Shown in pieces: positions 11,306 to 26,002 of a DNA stretch of 64,000 nt (its first letter is position 1; the number at the start of each line of letters is the position of its first letter). The translations under genes were made by a program, and so were the position numbers. The notes beneath the pieces were generated by a model. It had not been told where the DNA came from, made no database searches, and saw only the letters and a program-made list of their open reading frames with translations. The DNA is from Enoplolaimus lenunculus. Its lineage: Eukaryota. The DNA lies in assembly GCA_030248215.1 (NCBI GenBank), contig JASANG010003494.1:62001-126000 (forward strand), in the 5' to 3' direction.

Positions 11306-14304
11306 AAATAATATATTAACGTCGATTTGCTGGTACCGGTGCCTGTGAGCTGGATGGTCTAAAAGTTTACGGATGACAATCTAAATTTGTGTTCAATGAG
11401 CGCAACAGCAACTGAGGCCTACGGGACGCCGCCGATTACCGACGTCTTGCTCCTGCAACAAAAATGTTTGATTACCTTGAAAATATCGTACTATAGGGAA
11501 GTACGTTCAAAATAACGAGTGTATAATTTGCCAGACTGTTAATCATCATAAACTGTCCCCGTCTTACTTTGAAAGGGCGTACCGTTTTTCTGCGGAACTC
11601 AAATAGAGTAAGTTTAAGCTTTAGTTACCAACGAAAGTTACCCTATTTTCCGGTACGTAAAACAAATATGTAGCTACGAGTTTTGTACACTTCCCGCCAC
11701 ATGTGTAGGCTTTGACTCAGGCTTTGGCTTAAGCCAAGACTTAGGTTTGGAAAAAGTTAACCTAAGAAATCGCCTAAGCATAAGCATTCACCTCTGCATA
11801 TGAGCCTTTACCTCAGCCCTGGGTTGGGCACGGAAAAAACGAACGGAAAGTATATACTTCTTTAATCTTAAAGCGGTTGCTATGCTTATTTGAGATTTGT
11901 CTGTTTCTGTTTGATGCAATATTTGTTGCAGATATACGCAGCGTTTAGTTCGGAACTATATTTTTGATAAAATTCATTTTTCATATATCAATAAAACTAC
12001 AAATCTTGTTTACAGATATTTTGCCGGATTCAACCCGGCAGGTTTGTGGCCACCTTAGCTAGCACATGCATCATTTTAGGTATATGTCAGCTCTGCCGTG
12101 TGTGCAGTATGCTTATCATCATGTGTTTTCAAATGATTACAGTTAGTAAAATAATAATTTGATTCTCGTGATGTCTTTTTTCACTAGACAAATCATTCAT
12201 TAGCGTTTTTGCGGTTGCGGAAGAATTAGTACATCATTTTCAATTTTTCCGTTTTTCCTTTTTTCCGAAAAAACGAAAAACACCGTTTTCTTCCGGTCGA
12301 TTCAATTTTTTCGGAAAAAACCAATCCAGACTAAGCCTATGCCATAGCTTATACCTGCGCAAAGCGTAATCCTTAGATGTGGCATACGTGCTATGTGCAC
12401 AAGAGCCTAAGCTGCTAACAAAATGTGTTTCATAGATATGATAGCGAAACGTTAAACTGAAAATTTTAGCAAATTGAAATTTGACAATGTGTATTCCGGT
12501 TTAAAATTGTATTTTTTTTGAGTGGCGAAGCTAAACTTTTAAATCCATAGAACACAAAACGAGTCAACATTTTTACACGGCCAATAAAACGCAACAAGTC
12601 ATTATGTTCGTGGTTCCGTGGCTCCAGCCAGTGGGTTTACAAATCACAACCGGCACCCTGGGCAGCATCGACATCAGGAAGTCTTAGTAGACGGGAAATG
12701 AAGATTTCCAGGTGGATCAAAAAAATCCTGCTGACAGAAAACTCTTTTAGAGCTTGTAAAAAATCGTCGTGTAGGAATATAGTAGGAGGTCTTTCGTAGG
12801 AGAAGTAGTGTCCCTTCCTGGTCACTCTGTAGTAATATAGGATCAAAGATAGCGGTTTGACGCAGGTTTTAAGCAATAGGGGGATGGAAATTTAAAACAA
12901 TTATTTTTCTAGCAGCTTTACGTGAAAAAATAACCATATTTCATGGCAAACGACTTTTTCAAACCAGTTAAACATTTGTGAATTTAAACAATCTCGGCCA
13001 ATGTTGCTTTAAGGTGCGTAACAGTAAAATAAGCGCATTCCTAAGCCTAAGCCTAAGCCTAAGCGTTGCAAAAATATTCTATTCCTAAGTCTATGCCAAA
13101 GCCTAAGCGTTGCAAAAGTGTGTTCCTAAGCTTAAACCTAAGCCTAAGCAAAAATTATAACCTACAATCTAAACCTAGTCTTGTATGGAAAAACAAAAAA
13201 ACCTGGACGCCCCTTAAAGTAAAATGGTCCACAATTCCTATGAAACTTGTCTTTTGAAGGCACTTGTTTTGGCAGTTCCATCAAGGATGGGTCATAACTT
13301 AGGGGCGGAGTGTAATCGGATATTCGCTTCCGGTTCCGTTAAAGGTAAAAAACGGTGTCTGTTTCTGTTACAGAAATACCGGTAATTCTGGTGTTATTAC
13401 GCTCAAAGTCAGTTGTAAATCACGTATATATCTCACAATTTTTCATTACAGATGCGCTGAAATTGTTTGATATGTAATAAATATTATTTCTCCAAAATCT
13501 TGTAATTTCCGGTGCACCTGCTATTTTTCTTTAAAGTTTTAGAAAGCCCGGTGAATATTTACACGCATCAATTGCGTTGGCATAAAAATACAACATCTCT
13601 GAAATTTTAGTACTTCAATATCCGTTTTGCGTTTCCGTTATTTCTACTCTTCGTTTACTTCCAGGTTAGGGTCTATTAAAATCCGGTAATCCAATCTTTA
13701 ATACTCGACCAACAGTGAAAACTCAGACGAAGTCGCTCAACTGCGCAATTTTGCACCAGAACTTTTTAATTCCAAATGAAGCTTTAGTTTGCCAAAATAT
13801 TTAGGGTTCTAGCAGACAAATACGAATTTTTGAATACGATATGAGGTCTACAAGCAGACAAAATCTGACCCAATAGTCTAATAGGGACAAAACGTGTCCC
13901 AAGCTGCCCCGGTTATACCGTGAACCCCGCATTAGTGATACCCCAATATTCTTCTAGGGATGTCAACTGGCACCCCCCAGTCACCACTGTACCAGCGTAT
14001 CCGGTTGATGGCGTAAACGTGCTGTTGCTATAATTTATGTCCATTATTATTGAACGAACGTTTACCATTAAAATTTACAGAAGTATGGCAAACGCTACAA
14101 TTCAAAATGTTTAAAGTTCAACGTATGCAACGACACATAACAACATATTTGCACGCTGATGACAAGTCGAATTACTCTGATGATACTGTTACTAGCCTCA
14201 GGATTAACGGTTGAGCTTAAGCTTGAACAAGCAAATCATATGATTAACTTTTCATGAAACAAATTTTTGTTTTCCATTTTGTAGCACCAAACTTTGTAGC
14301 AGGA

Positions 14305-14378
14305 GGCTGCGTAGTTCAGGTGGTTAGAGCAACGGACCGGTAATCCGTACTTTGTCGGTTCAAACTCCACCGCATTCA
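14305..14378 (+). pseudogene. Degenerate tRNA-like sequence (anticodon GGT, Thr), probably a SINE head or pseudo-tRNA
   Basis: A box TAGTTCAGGTGG, anticodon arm ACGGA-CCGGTAA-TCCGT, B box GGTTCAAACTCC; mismatched acceptor and T stems, C instead of U33. Confidence 0.6.
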
Positions 14379-15404
14379 CAGAAAAAAATTTTCGTGATTT
14401 ACTCTATATGGTACTGCTTAAATTGTAATTAATCGTTGCAAAATGCGCGAGTCCTAGAACGTTGACCTGTAGCATCAACAAACGTGAGGGCTCTCGTATG
14501 GTTAAAGCGTCGGCTATGGTACCCGACCCTCCTGTGAGAAAGGCACTCCTGTAAGGTGTGAACCATGGCGGAGAAACTTATCTAAAAACAGGGGGCATAC
14601 ACGTAAACGCAAAGTAAGATGGCCGAATAAAAGTTGCCAGAAAGAAACGAAATAAGCGTGAATAACGCAATGCTTAAGTGAAATTGCGTCGAAGGATCAA
14701 AGTTATTTAAAAATAGATTTGGTTTGCAAGGGACCTCAAGGATCCACGGGCCTGATCCCGTAGTTGGATAATAGGGTGGTAGCCGCAGTACTGCTCATTT
14801 TGAATCTATTATAGGGCATATGGGCATTTTATTATAAATATAGTGATTGCAATATTAAAAAACGACAATGAAAAAATTTTCAGTTGGTGTCTACGTGTTG
14901 TCAAAACTATGTTGTATGAATTTTCCAAAGATTAGATACAAAAATAATTTTAAAACTAATTATGAGAATTCTAGGAACTTTTTGGCCAATGTATAGAACA
15001 CAGAGCTGTAACAGTAGTATAATCATGTGCCTAACCCTAAGCCTAAAAAATATTCTAAAGCATACGCTTACTCTATTGCAGTCACACGGAAAAACGGTCC
15101 AGCCTTGGTCTTTGCATGGGCCAATTCGTTTGACAGTGGAACCTAAAATCTGGGTCCATGGTTATTTGACAGACACGCCATGAGAGCAGTAAAATGAAGA
15201 AAGACAACAAAAGCTGAACGAAATTAGCATGCTTTACTCTACAGGTCATGAAAATAGGTCAATTTGGTAAAATGTGATCCCTAGGGATCAACTAAAAAAG
15301 TTAAATAAACAGGCTGTGTGCGTGATTGATCTTTGCGGCAATGTAAACGTCAACCAGTATAAGAAGCATCATCAGAAATTTCAGTTGGTATTCTCAAATG
15401 TGTA

Positions 15405-15652
15405 CACTCAAAATAATATTTCTGATATTTAAGAAAAAATTTGTTACATTTGAGAAATATGATTAGCAAGGTGCACTTGAAACGTATTTCTGTTATAACA
15501 GAAATGTTTTCAAAAAACGTTTTGAAATATAGACGTAAAATAAACGTTTTCCAGTTATTTTTAGAAAAATTGTCTTAAATATCACCAAAACTTTTCAGAT
15601 TTGCCACAGAAAACACTTTTCTGAATAAATTCAGAAATACTTTTTTTGTGTG
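15405..15652. mobile_element. CAC..GTG MITE with 2-bp TSD (CMC/EnSpm/Mirage-like); copies at 32867-33134, 49983-50229, 53779-54024
   Basis: CACTCAAAATAATATTTCTGA...TCAGAAATACTTTTTTGTGTG; TSDs TA, TA, TG, CG respectively. Confidence 0.85.
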
Positions 15653-16517
15653 TATAGCACCTATCGCCAAGTGATTATGAAACATAATGAGCATTTTCAA
15701 ACATTTTACAGTTTTAGCAAATGCCGGATGTATCTGTCTTTTTTGGACGAGCATCCGTTTTTAATCAAATTTTGTTTCACGCCCATTGCTCACTTGCTAC
15801 TGGGATCATGTAACCTTGACGGCTGTATCGTTATACCACGGGGCTGCAATAAGCTTAAGCTTTAGATTAATCTTTTGATTAGGCTGAGACTTTAGGTTTA
15901 GCTATAAATATATTCTGACGCTGCATGAGGCTTAGGTTTAGTTATATGCTTATCCTGAGGATGAGGGGGGTTAGGTTTAGAAATATTCTAATGCTACTGT
16001 TACGCCCCTCGACGTATATTGGCCGCAGTTTGGACCCTGAAAATGAAATGGTAAATTTTGAGACTCCTTAAAATTGTACAGCGGTAGCTTCAGCGATTAA
16101 TAATCATATAATAGGTGTACACATATATTTGCTAATATACCCGTGGCGTACATGTATAAAACAGGACTTCGACCAAAATTACAACTTTTAAGCATATAAG
16201 CATGAACTAAGCCAACGCCTGAGCCTAAACGAATGCTTACACAGACGAGTAAAATTTTCATTCAAAATTTAGAAATATCATGTACACGTATACCACGGCT
16301 CTGAACATGACATCGTCAACATGAAATTACTTCAACCAAACGGTGATCTCGGGTAGATCTGACTCATGAAACGGCTCAAACGAACCCGCAGCTTGATGTG
16401 TTCAAAGCTAAAATCTGAACATCATCCGGTTGCTTCTCTTGCTTTGCTTGCGATGTTTTCTCTACAATTGATCCTGTGTTTCTCGTGTCTAGATTGACTA
16501 GAAACGTAGTGTATAAA

Positions 16518-16952
16518 CTGTATAGTGACCCAAATAAGAGGGGGGACTGATACATATTTGGCCTCTCCAGAGGGCGCCCCTGTTATTCGGTTACGGACTG
16601 TTTCTTATTTTTAACTCGTCCTCCGGGGCCCTTCGTTTCCAGTATATATTCGGTATTGCAATCATCCGTTGAATTATACGCTTATGTGTCATGTATCAAA
16701 AGTTTGAGCGATAATGTAAGGTTATGGTTAAAAATATACTTTCAAAACTTAAGTACTCTTTAAAGTATCGCAATAAACTTTATTTGGCCCTGGAGTCATT
16801 TATGCACTACAATTAGGGATAATTGACATTTATGGGCTCTAATTTAATAAGAGTTTAGGGACTCTATCCGCTTACAGACTCTTATTAGGAATATGGACTC
16901 CTATTGATTGGGACTCAAAATGGGGACCCCCTTCTTATTCGGGTCACTACAG
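16518..16952. mobile_element. TA-flanked MITE with TAGTGACCCGAATAAGA TIRs; relatives at ~5174-5438, ~26930-27330, 34170-34363
   Basis: TAGTGACCCAAATAAGAG...TCTTATTCGGGTCACTACAG-ta; shared interior (GGAGAGGCCAA, ACAGTCCGTA). Confidence 0.75.
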
Positions 16953-17261
16953 TATACGTTGTGTATTTTTAAGGTAAATATTAACTGAACCCTAAAATTT
17001 TGTTTTACATTTTAATATTTTTTAAAATAGGTTCTGGATGCCATTTCAGCTTCTAAAGAATAATTTTTGTAGAAAAATAGTCAACACCGCGCAACTTAGG
17101 GTGGCGCTATACTGGTCATGCGATGCCGTCTGGTGCCATCTGCCAAATGGTGCCAACGACCAACCGTCACCGTCCGGCGCCGTCCGTCACGGTCTCGCCG
17201 TACATCACCATACGGTATCGTACATGAGTAATTAGCGTACGATACACGGTGACGGACGTAG

Positions 17262-17765
17262 CCGGACGGTAACATACGGTGCCGGACGTCAGCACACATA
17301 TAGTGCCACCCTACGGGGCAATACATCCCACGGCTCCGGACGGTAACATACGGTACCGGACGTCAGCACACATATAGTGCCACCCTACGGGGCAATACAT
17401 CCCACGGCTCCGGACGGTAACATACGGTGCCGGACGTCAGCACACATATAGTGCCACCCTACGGGGCAATACATCCCACGGCGCCGGACGGTAACATACG
17501 GTGCCGGACGTCAGCACACATATAGTGCCACCCTACGGGGCAATACATCCCACGGCTCCGGACGGTAACATACGGTACCGGACGTCAGCACACATATAGT
17601 GCCACCCTACGGGGCAATACATCCCACGGCTCCGGACGGTAACATACGGTGCCGGACGTCAGCACACATATAGTGCCACCCTACGGGGCAATACATCCCA
17701 CGGCGCCGGACGGTAACATACGGTGCCGGACGTCAACACACATATAGTGCTACCCTACGGGGCAA
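17262..17765. repeat. 74-bp tandem repeat, ~6.8 copies, each carrying a TIR-like end
   Basis: Units start at 17262, 17336, 17410, 17484, 17558, 17632, 17706; each has TATAGTGCCACCCTA, the reverse complement of TAGGGTGGCGCTATA at 17097. Confidence 0.9.
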
Positions 17766-18894
17766 ATTATTCCCGGTATTCCTGTATCCGCCGGTACTTT
17801 AAAACTCCGAAAAAAAATTTTTTGAATCAATTCTGCAACCTGTACTATTTCTATTGGCGTATTTTTAATCGTTTAAATTTTATTAATTTTATTTTAACAG
17901 TGCAAATTTAAAATTGTAAGAGAAACACGAACGCACTATGCAAATGCTGGTTTAGTGAAAATATTGAAACGTTCAACCTATCACCACATGGGGATCCAGA
18001 GGGGTGATGGATCGTTGCCATTGTCGGACTTAAAGTTGACATTTAACAATTTTCAATGATAAGAAAACATCTCAAATCCTAAAGTTTAAGGTACCTCTGG
18101 TTCAAGCGCTGTAAACCATTATCAGCCCCCCACTTTATCTAAAAGAGATCCGACACTAAGTGACACGCACAAGACATGGGGGGTCAACAGTATTCAAAAA
18201 AATTTTTTTTGAAATTTGAGAAATCGGTTAAATTCGCTTAAAATACTGTGGTGTTTGTACGTTTTTCGCAAACTTAATTGATAAAATTTAAAAATTTTAC
18301 TTTCTATGATGCGATTTAGATGCCATTCTGTGGGTGGTGTGCCCTTGACTTACAATTTGAATTTTGTCGAATTCTTCTGGGCAGAAATTAGTGATTATCA
18401 TGCGTTAAAAGACAATTTTTATTATTAAAGTTTAATCAATTATCATGACCCTGATTAAGTTGAAATACCGTTGGATAGTAATCATTTGTTGTGGGTCCAG
18501 AGATTTTTTGACGACAGACAGCACGGGATATATAATCGTGAGCGAAACTAGCAAGAAGTCAAACGTAATTTTAGTGACAAATTTTTTACTTCGATCCCTG
18601 TTGAAGAAAGCCATGGCCTGGGTGACACTCTTATTGGCCCATGTTACTTTAAGGGGCGTCCAGGTTTCTGGTGGGTTCATAAAAGAGTAGGTTTAGATTC
18701 TAGTACATACTTTTTTGTTTAGGCTCGGGCTTAGGCTTAGGAACACATTTTTCGACGCTTAGGAGTGGGCTTCGCTTTAGGAATACGCTTTATCTCCTGT
18801 TACGCCCCTTAAAGTAACATTGGACATCTTATGAATCCATAAGTGCTTGTTATGTTTGGTTTTATAAGCTCAGAATGGTATTATAAAGCAATAG

Positions 18895-19310
18895 GGCGGA
18901 GGTACGGAATATGAACCCCTAAAAATTTAATGAAAACCAGTTTGTTTTATAGAATTTAACGCGCTGAGTTCAACGGTACCATTTTTTAAGGCTGCATGGA
19001 TTTTGGTTCAAAAGTTATCACCCTTTAAACTTCAACTTTTCACTATACAAATCATAAAAACATGTACGAACGCCAACCAAATTTGTTAAACGAATAAACC
19101 TGGTGAAGCTTATGCTTTACGAATATGTGAATGATAGATATTTCCTCTTAAAATCTATCCGTGTTTGCACTATAATTTTAGGGCTAGAACTTTTGAACCG
19201 TTGGTCATGCAGCCATAAAAGTGGTACCGTTTAACTCATCTCGTCGAGATCTAAAGGTTAGGCCGCTTTTTTCTAAATTTCTAGGGTGTCCAGACTCCGT
19301 ACCTCCGCCA
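18895..19310. mobile_element. TIR element, family unassigned
   Basis: GGCGGAGGTACGGA ... TCCGTACCTCCGCC inverted pair. Confidence 0.6.
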
Positions 19311-22300
19311 AACAATATTACACTATTTTCAAATGAACAATTTTCGCTCATATGCTTAATTTTAATTTTATTATATGTGGAACACGTATCACTGTCAATT
19401 GCTAGGTTAGACCGCTTCAGCCGGTCCAGAGGGGGTGCGGAGGTTCGTACGCCCCCGTCAAAAAAATTTTGTGATCAAATGGTTAAGTTCCTACCTTACA
19501 ATTGTTCCATCTTCTTAAAATTGGCAATAATATAGCATACAGTTGAAATATACCATACAGCTAAAATTGTGCTTTATAACTGTTGCCTGCCTGCCTCCGT
19601 CAGAAATCTCTGGATCCGCCGCTGCTAGGACGTATAACTTTTAAATTATAAGCCGTCCGGTGCCAGATCTATCAATATTATTGTAGAAAAAATTTAAGAT
19701 CAGGGGGGATAATGATGGCCGCAGGAGACTGTCGCGTAGCCAAAGAAATTTGGACTCCTAACCCCAAAATCTATGAACCAAGAAACGTTTTGTGACTGTT
19801 GAAAAGAGCTTTGATTAGTTCGTAAACGCTACATCACTTAACCAATACTAAACTGCTGGTTGCCAAGAAATCTCAATATTAAAAAGAGTGACTACTTCCC
19901 TGGCAAGGAGTGGTGTCCAGAAGCGGATCCAAAAATTTCCGACTTGGTGCGGGCTGGCAAATGTGATGATGAAGCGTAAAAATTGTAAGGTAGGGACCTT
20001 ATCATTTTATCACCAAAAAATTTTGAGGGCAAAAAATTGTAAGATAGGGAGGGATTTTATCATTTTAACACAAAAATTCTGGGGGAAAAATAGTTTTTAC
20101 AAAACATTTTTAGGGAAAAAATTGTAAGGTAGAGATGTTACCATTTTAACATAAACAATTTCTGAGGGGGGCGTACGCCCACCCCAGCCCTACTTCTGGA
20201 TCCGCTAGTATTGGTGTCCCTAAGCTCTTTCCTCTGCTGTTACAAAGTTTCAGGTTTCAAAGTTTCAATCGTTTAATGTTGGCTGTAATCATGCAGAAGT
20301 CAACTTACGCCACCAAGATTTTTGCTCAAACTTTGTTCAGTTTCGTTCTCAAATGCTCATTTAAACGAATTTTAATTTTATTGACTTAAAATATTCTTTT
20401 TTCAAAAATACCATTTCCCGTTTGCGAGTTTTTGTTCTTTGACCTCCGAAAATAGTGCAGTTTGAGGTTGACCGCCGCTGTAATTACTGTATATCTGTAT
20501 TTAACAGTTTACTATTTAGTTATATAAACTCTCGTTTGTCTAAAGCGTTCAGATGCGTAGCGTAGCCAGCTCACCATGTCAGTTGTGTCCAGAAAAGTAG
20601 GCTGCCCTGATTTTACATGGTTCCCAGCGGTGTTAAAAAATTTTACAGGGCACGAAAATTTTTCTTGGGTCAGACAAGTTTCAGGGTGGCTGCTATGCCT
20701 TCACATGGTTTTTTATTGGGTCAGACAAGTTTAAGGGGGGCTGCTCTGACTTTACATGGTTTCCAGCGGCGTTAAAATGTTTCTCAGGGGGACCAAAACG
20801 TTTCTAGAGTGCTGTCTCCCTCTGGCTAAACCTTATTAAACCAACTCTGGGGCATAGCAATGATCTCAAATTAGTAGGGTCTTGGTTTAGGGTAAAAAAT
20901 GTCTAGCATTCAAGTTTCATAGAAATTTAACAACGGCAGGTTGTGTCGAAAATATCTAATCAGGTCGTGAAATATGTACCAAAAACATTTATTGTATTAT
21001 TTTTTGCGGACGGAACTCGAATACGCGACCCTTGCTGTGCCACTTGGCTTAGGACAATGTATTTTAGATGGAATTGTTGATTTAAACCACTATATCTTTA
21101 GTCGTGTCTGAAGTTTGATAACTTTAGAACCATTTCATTCACAAATTTTATCAGGACAAGTTTCGATTGCTCTCTGAGGGAAGATACGGTAACATCCCTT
21201 CAAATATTCTGTTTTTTAAAACCTAAAAGTTGCAAAATAAATTTCATAAAATTGTGAAGCAACTATTTTTATCAACGGTATTGTTCACAGGATTAAAACA
21301 TTAATAATTTGACTGAAAAACATTACATTTAAAGACACGCATGCTTGAACGCCATCAAGTTGGACGGTGTCGAGAGTTAACTCGACTCAGGCGCGTAGCA
21401 AGCTCACCTTGCTAGGAGGCTAAAAGTGTTTCAGAAGGAGGTTGAAACTTTTCTAGGGGGCCAAAATTTTTCCAGGGAGGCGAAGCCGCCTGCCCCCCTT
21501 GGCTACGGCACCGACTCAACTACTCAATCTTGCAAAGATACACTTGCAACTCAAATAATAACGTGAGTTGCAATTATGCTATAAATTATGAAAATTTACT
21601 GGTAAACAGGGTGTAACCGGATATCCGTTTCCGTTTCCGGTAAAAATCGGTGTTCGCTTTCGTTTCAGTTTCGTTTGCCTAAGTCATGACACAATTCTTC
21701 GCACCTTTTGCCTCGGCAAACTCTCTTACGTTAATTGTTTCACATTTTATGCACTGTTTTAATCATGCGAATCGGTTTTGCTGAGACCTCGTTTAGATCG
21801 GCGTTCCCTAAAGGATTTCGCGGGTGGGAGGTAGCTTCGACTCCGGAATTAGTTGGATTGCGAATATAAATATATATTTATATACGTATTTTTACATAAA
21901 TATATATATAAAATATATATGCACATTGGTCAATAGATAGACGTTCTCATAAATTTTAGTCGTATCTCAACAGCGGTGTCGCTTTCGAAAGGTGACTTTT
22001 GGAGCACAAAGTACACCGAACAACACAAAAAAGAAACGCATGCAACATTCTTGTGTGATTCTCAAAGACAGCAGTGAAATTTTTCATTCGTTCACATAAA
22101 AATTGAAAATTTGAAAAGAAAGAAAAAAATCATGTTTTTATTTCAAATATTTTTAAAGCCGCATCAAGAAGTTCAAAGTGCGCAAGCGTTGCTCTATTGC
22201 ACTCTCTGTAGGTATATATAAATATTGCATACAGCGGGCGGTAGTATATGTATTTTCAAAATTTGTATTTTGTTCCTTGCATACAAGAATATATTAGTCA

Positions 22301-23423
22301 TTTTTGGGCCTATGATCTTGAAATATGTTTATCGCCGGCGTTCTTTAGTCACAGCAGTGCAATTCGAATTTTTTTGTTGAGAAATTGCGTAGAAAAATAT
22401 TGCGTTTTAGACTTTATTGTCAGCTGCGCAACTGCGACTGGAAAAAATTCACTTTCGATTGTAATTCGCTATGTTTCCAATAAAATAAACTACACCGGTG
22501 TTTTTTGTATTTTATAGTCTTTTAGCTCATATATATATGTATGTTTATATATGTATATATATATGTATATATGTATGTATATATATATAATTTATGTTAC
22601 ATATTAATGAGCAGCAATATATTTCGAGTCTTTCAATTAACTTTAAAATTCGACAAATATTATTGCGTTAATAGCAAATTTTTGCAATCATTAATTAAAA
22701 TTGAAACAAAAATTCTAATTTTCGCACTAGTTCAAATCGGCACATTTGGGGGTGGATTTTTGCAGTCAAATGTGTTTTATGCATGCATATTTTTTCATTA
22801 ATACAATGTTGTATCGCTAAACTGCTGCGCGCCGTATTTTGCTACAAACCAAACGCGATGGTTTATATTTATAATCCTAAAATAATGCGAATTAGTTGCG
22901 CGAGCAATAGATTGCAAAATCGTCACAAAATACATTTTGTAATGTTTTTAAAGTTCGATCTTGAACTCTAAAAGACAAAAAAATGGTGTTTCGGAAAGTA
23001 GAAAATAGCAAAATTTGACAGTGAAAACGGTCAAAAAGGCATTATTGTTTTGTTTGTTTGTATTTCATTAATAATAGCGGATGGTTGTACAAAATTGCAC
23101 AGGATGATAGTAGAATGCAAGTAAGTGCAAGTGATTGCACAAATTTGGACGACGCTTTTATTTGCATATTTTCACTCATATTCTCTGTTGGTTTTAGAGT
23201 AGAAATTATATTTTTTTGCTTGCAAAATCCTGAGACCTGATGCATTTATAGCGTACCGTTTTGTGAGTATTATCGGTCGACCGTTTTTTCGTTTGATGCA
23301 TAATTCTAATTGCTGTTTTGCAGTGCAAAAAACTGCAATTTTTTAGTGTTAGTGAGTTTGCAGGTACGCAAAATCAATAAACGTATTCGATTTTTAGAAT
23401 TAACTCTCGTCGTAGTAGTGGTG

Positions 23424-23708
<285 letters not shown>

Positions 23709-24921
23709 GAAATGCGGATTAACACAACGGCGTTTTTTAAACAACCGAGACCTCGTCATAATTTTTGGCCGATAAACAAAATCCGCGAATCGTTTTAGCG
23801 GATTTTTAAGTAGAAACTCACAAAGTTCACAGTTTTCTTGTTCGAAAAGAACAACGACATATATCTTTTGCCGTTTCACTGAACGCTTCGCACTTATAAC
23901 TTATAATTTATCATAGTTTGCGGGTTCAAAAATAGTCGAAATAATGCGCATATGTCGTGTTATTTTCCCATATTTTTCTCAACAGCATGGTTTCGCTTTC
24001 CGCGGATATTTTGTATTATTAGGCTTTGTTAAAATTATTTTTACAAATGAAAGTTGTGTTGTTAACACAGCCTCCTGTCAAGTATTACATTTTTGTGTTA
24101 TGTTAATTGTTAATTTGTACCTATAATTCGGTAAAAATACAAGATGTAAACTCGGTTATTAATGTTTAAGTCGTTATAAATGTATTGAGTTCAAGTTGAG
24201 GGAAATTTACGTTTACTACCACATCATGTCATATTCAGAGCAGAACTTTTTGGACGGTTTTTGGCTGTAGTATTTTCGGTTCTGGTATGCAACAGCATCA
24301 GCACCGTTTTGAGTTAATATTAATAAAAGCGTCGGCGATTTTGAAACATTAATGTGTCAAATATTGTGTATAAAAGTTATTATATTTGTTTGCAAAAAAT
24401 CTTTCTAAAAATTTAAAATAATGGCATATGTTGACGAAACAGAAATTCAAACGGTTAAGGTCAGTAAACGCGGGATTCATTTGAAAATTAACTGTATAAA
24501 AGAGTACTGCATCTCTGTCATGCATTGTCTTAGAGTCTTCTGCGTCGGAACGTTTGTCTGTGGGCGTGCAACAGAGTAAGTTATACTTTAGACTATTTTT
24601 CTTAGGCTTAGGCTTAGGTTTTATAAGCTAATTCTTACGCTTAGTCTTGGGCTTAAGGTTAGGAATATGCTTATACTACTGTTCTGTTACGGTTCCATGC
24701 ATTGGCCGTAGCCTCTATCACCAATTAGTGAGCGGCGTTTGACTTTGAAGTTGTCAATGATACCGTACGAAAGTTTGGCACATTTTTTAGCAAATGAACC
24801 AACTTGTTTTAATGTATAGTTTTAAATCAGAATGTATGCCAGAGTTCGCTTATTTGAAAATATTCTCACTGGTGATTGGTGCTACTTTAGATGTTTCACA
24901 ACACTTGGATGTGCCGCTATA

Positions 24922-25130
24922 CGATGCAAAAAAATGGCGAGTCAATTTGACTCTCTCCGAAATAGGCTCCACGGGACTACACAAACTGAGTCAAATTCGA
25001 CTCCGACAGAGTCAAACATAAGACTCAGTGAGTCGAATATGACTCGGCTGAGTCGAATTTGACTCAGTTTGTGCAGTCCTGTAGAGCCTATCTCGGAGAA
25101 AGTCAATTTCTCGCACCATTTTTTGCAGTG
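24922..25130. mobile_element. Palindromic CACTA-type MITE (copy of 59459-59665)
   Basis: TGCAAAAAAATGG...CCATTTTTTGCAGTG; interior shared with the 59459 copy. Confidence 0.8.
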
Positions 25131-26002
25131 TAGGTTTATATTAATGTTCCACAGTGTTCATGGTTTACTGTTATAAGGGTCACCAGTCGTTTTATATGAT
25201 ATTTGTTAAAATTTTGAGTCAAGGGTTAGAAAACTCGTTTGCTTGTTCGTGACCAATCAGACTAAAGAAATATGAAGTGAATGACCAATCAGACTTAAGA
25301 CATGTGGAGTGAATGATCAATTAGACTAAAGCGATATGGAGTGAACGACCAATCAGACTAAAGCGATATGGTATGAATGTTTTTCCTCTCAGACAATTGG
25401 CACATATACAGCATACGGACAGCATTGTGTTTCATAACTTTTGCCAGCCTGCCACTCGTTAGAAACTGCTGAATCCGTCACTGGTTGTAGTTTTAAGGGA
25501 AAAATTGATGTGAAGTAAGAAATAGGCGAAGAAAACTTCGTAACTTTTGATTTCTATGATGCTGGTATTGACGCATATCATCCGATATTGTTGAAACTTT
25601 GCAGTCGATATATAAGCCAGCTTGGTATATGCTATTTAGTATACTGGAGGATACATAACAGAGGTGGAACCGACCACCGGCCGCATGGCTAACCAGCCGG
25701 GCCCAGATTGGGCCGCGGTAGGAAAGCCGCCGCAGCTGGCTTAATCGCCACCATTGGTCGCGATCATATTCATGATAGCAAAATTTTTGTTTAGAATCAA
25801 AGTTAATTTGATTAAGATGAACCGTTTTGTAGCATTTCTTGTATAATAAAATTCAGTTAATATTGTTGCCTGAAATTTCAAGACACTTAAAAGTCACATA
25901 TGGGCTTGTTTTATATAACATTTCACTTTGATCACAACCGAAGCATTATTCTAAATGAACTTTGGCTAAAAACAGTAGCGTTTCCAACCGGCTTGGCAAC
26001 GA

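Noticed and set aside
11320..12880. Possible minus-strand exons at ~11320-11455 and ~12600-12830
   Set aside because: Acceptor-like sites exist, but no coherent spliced frame or recognisable protein could be built
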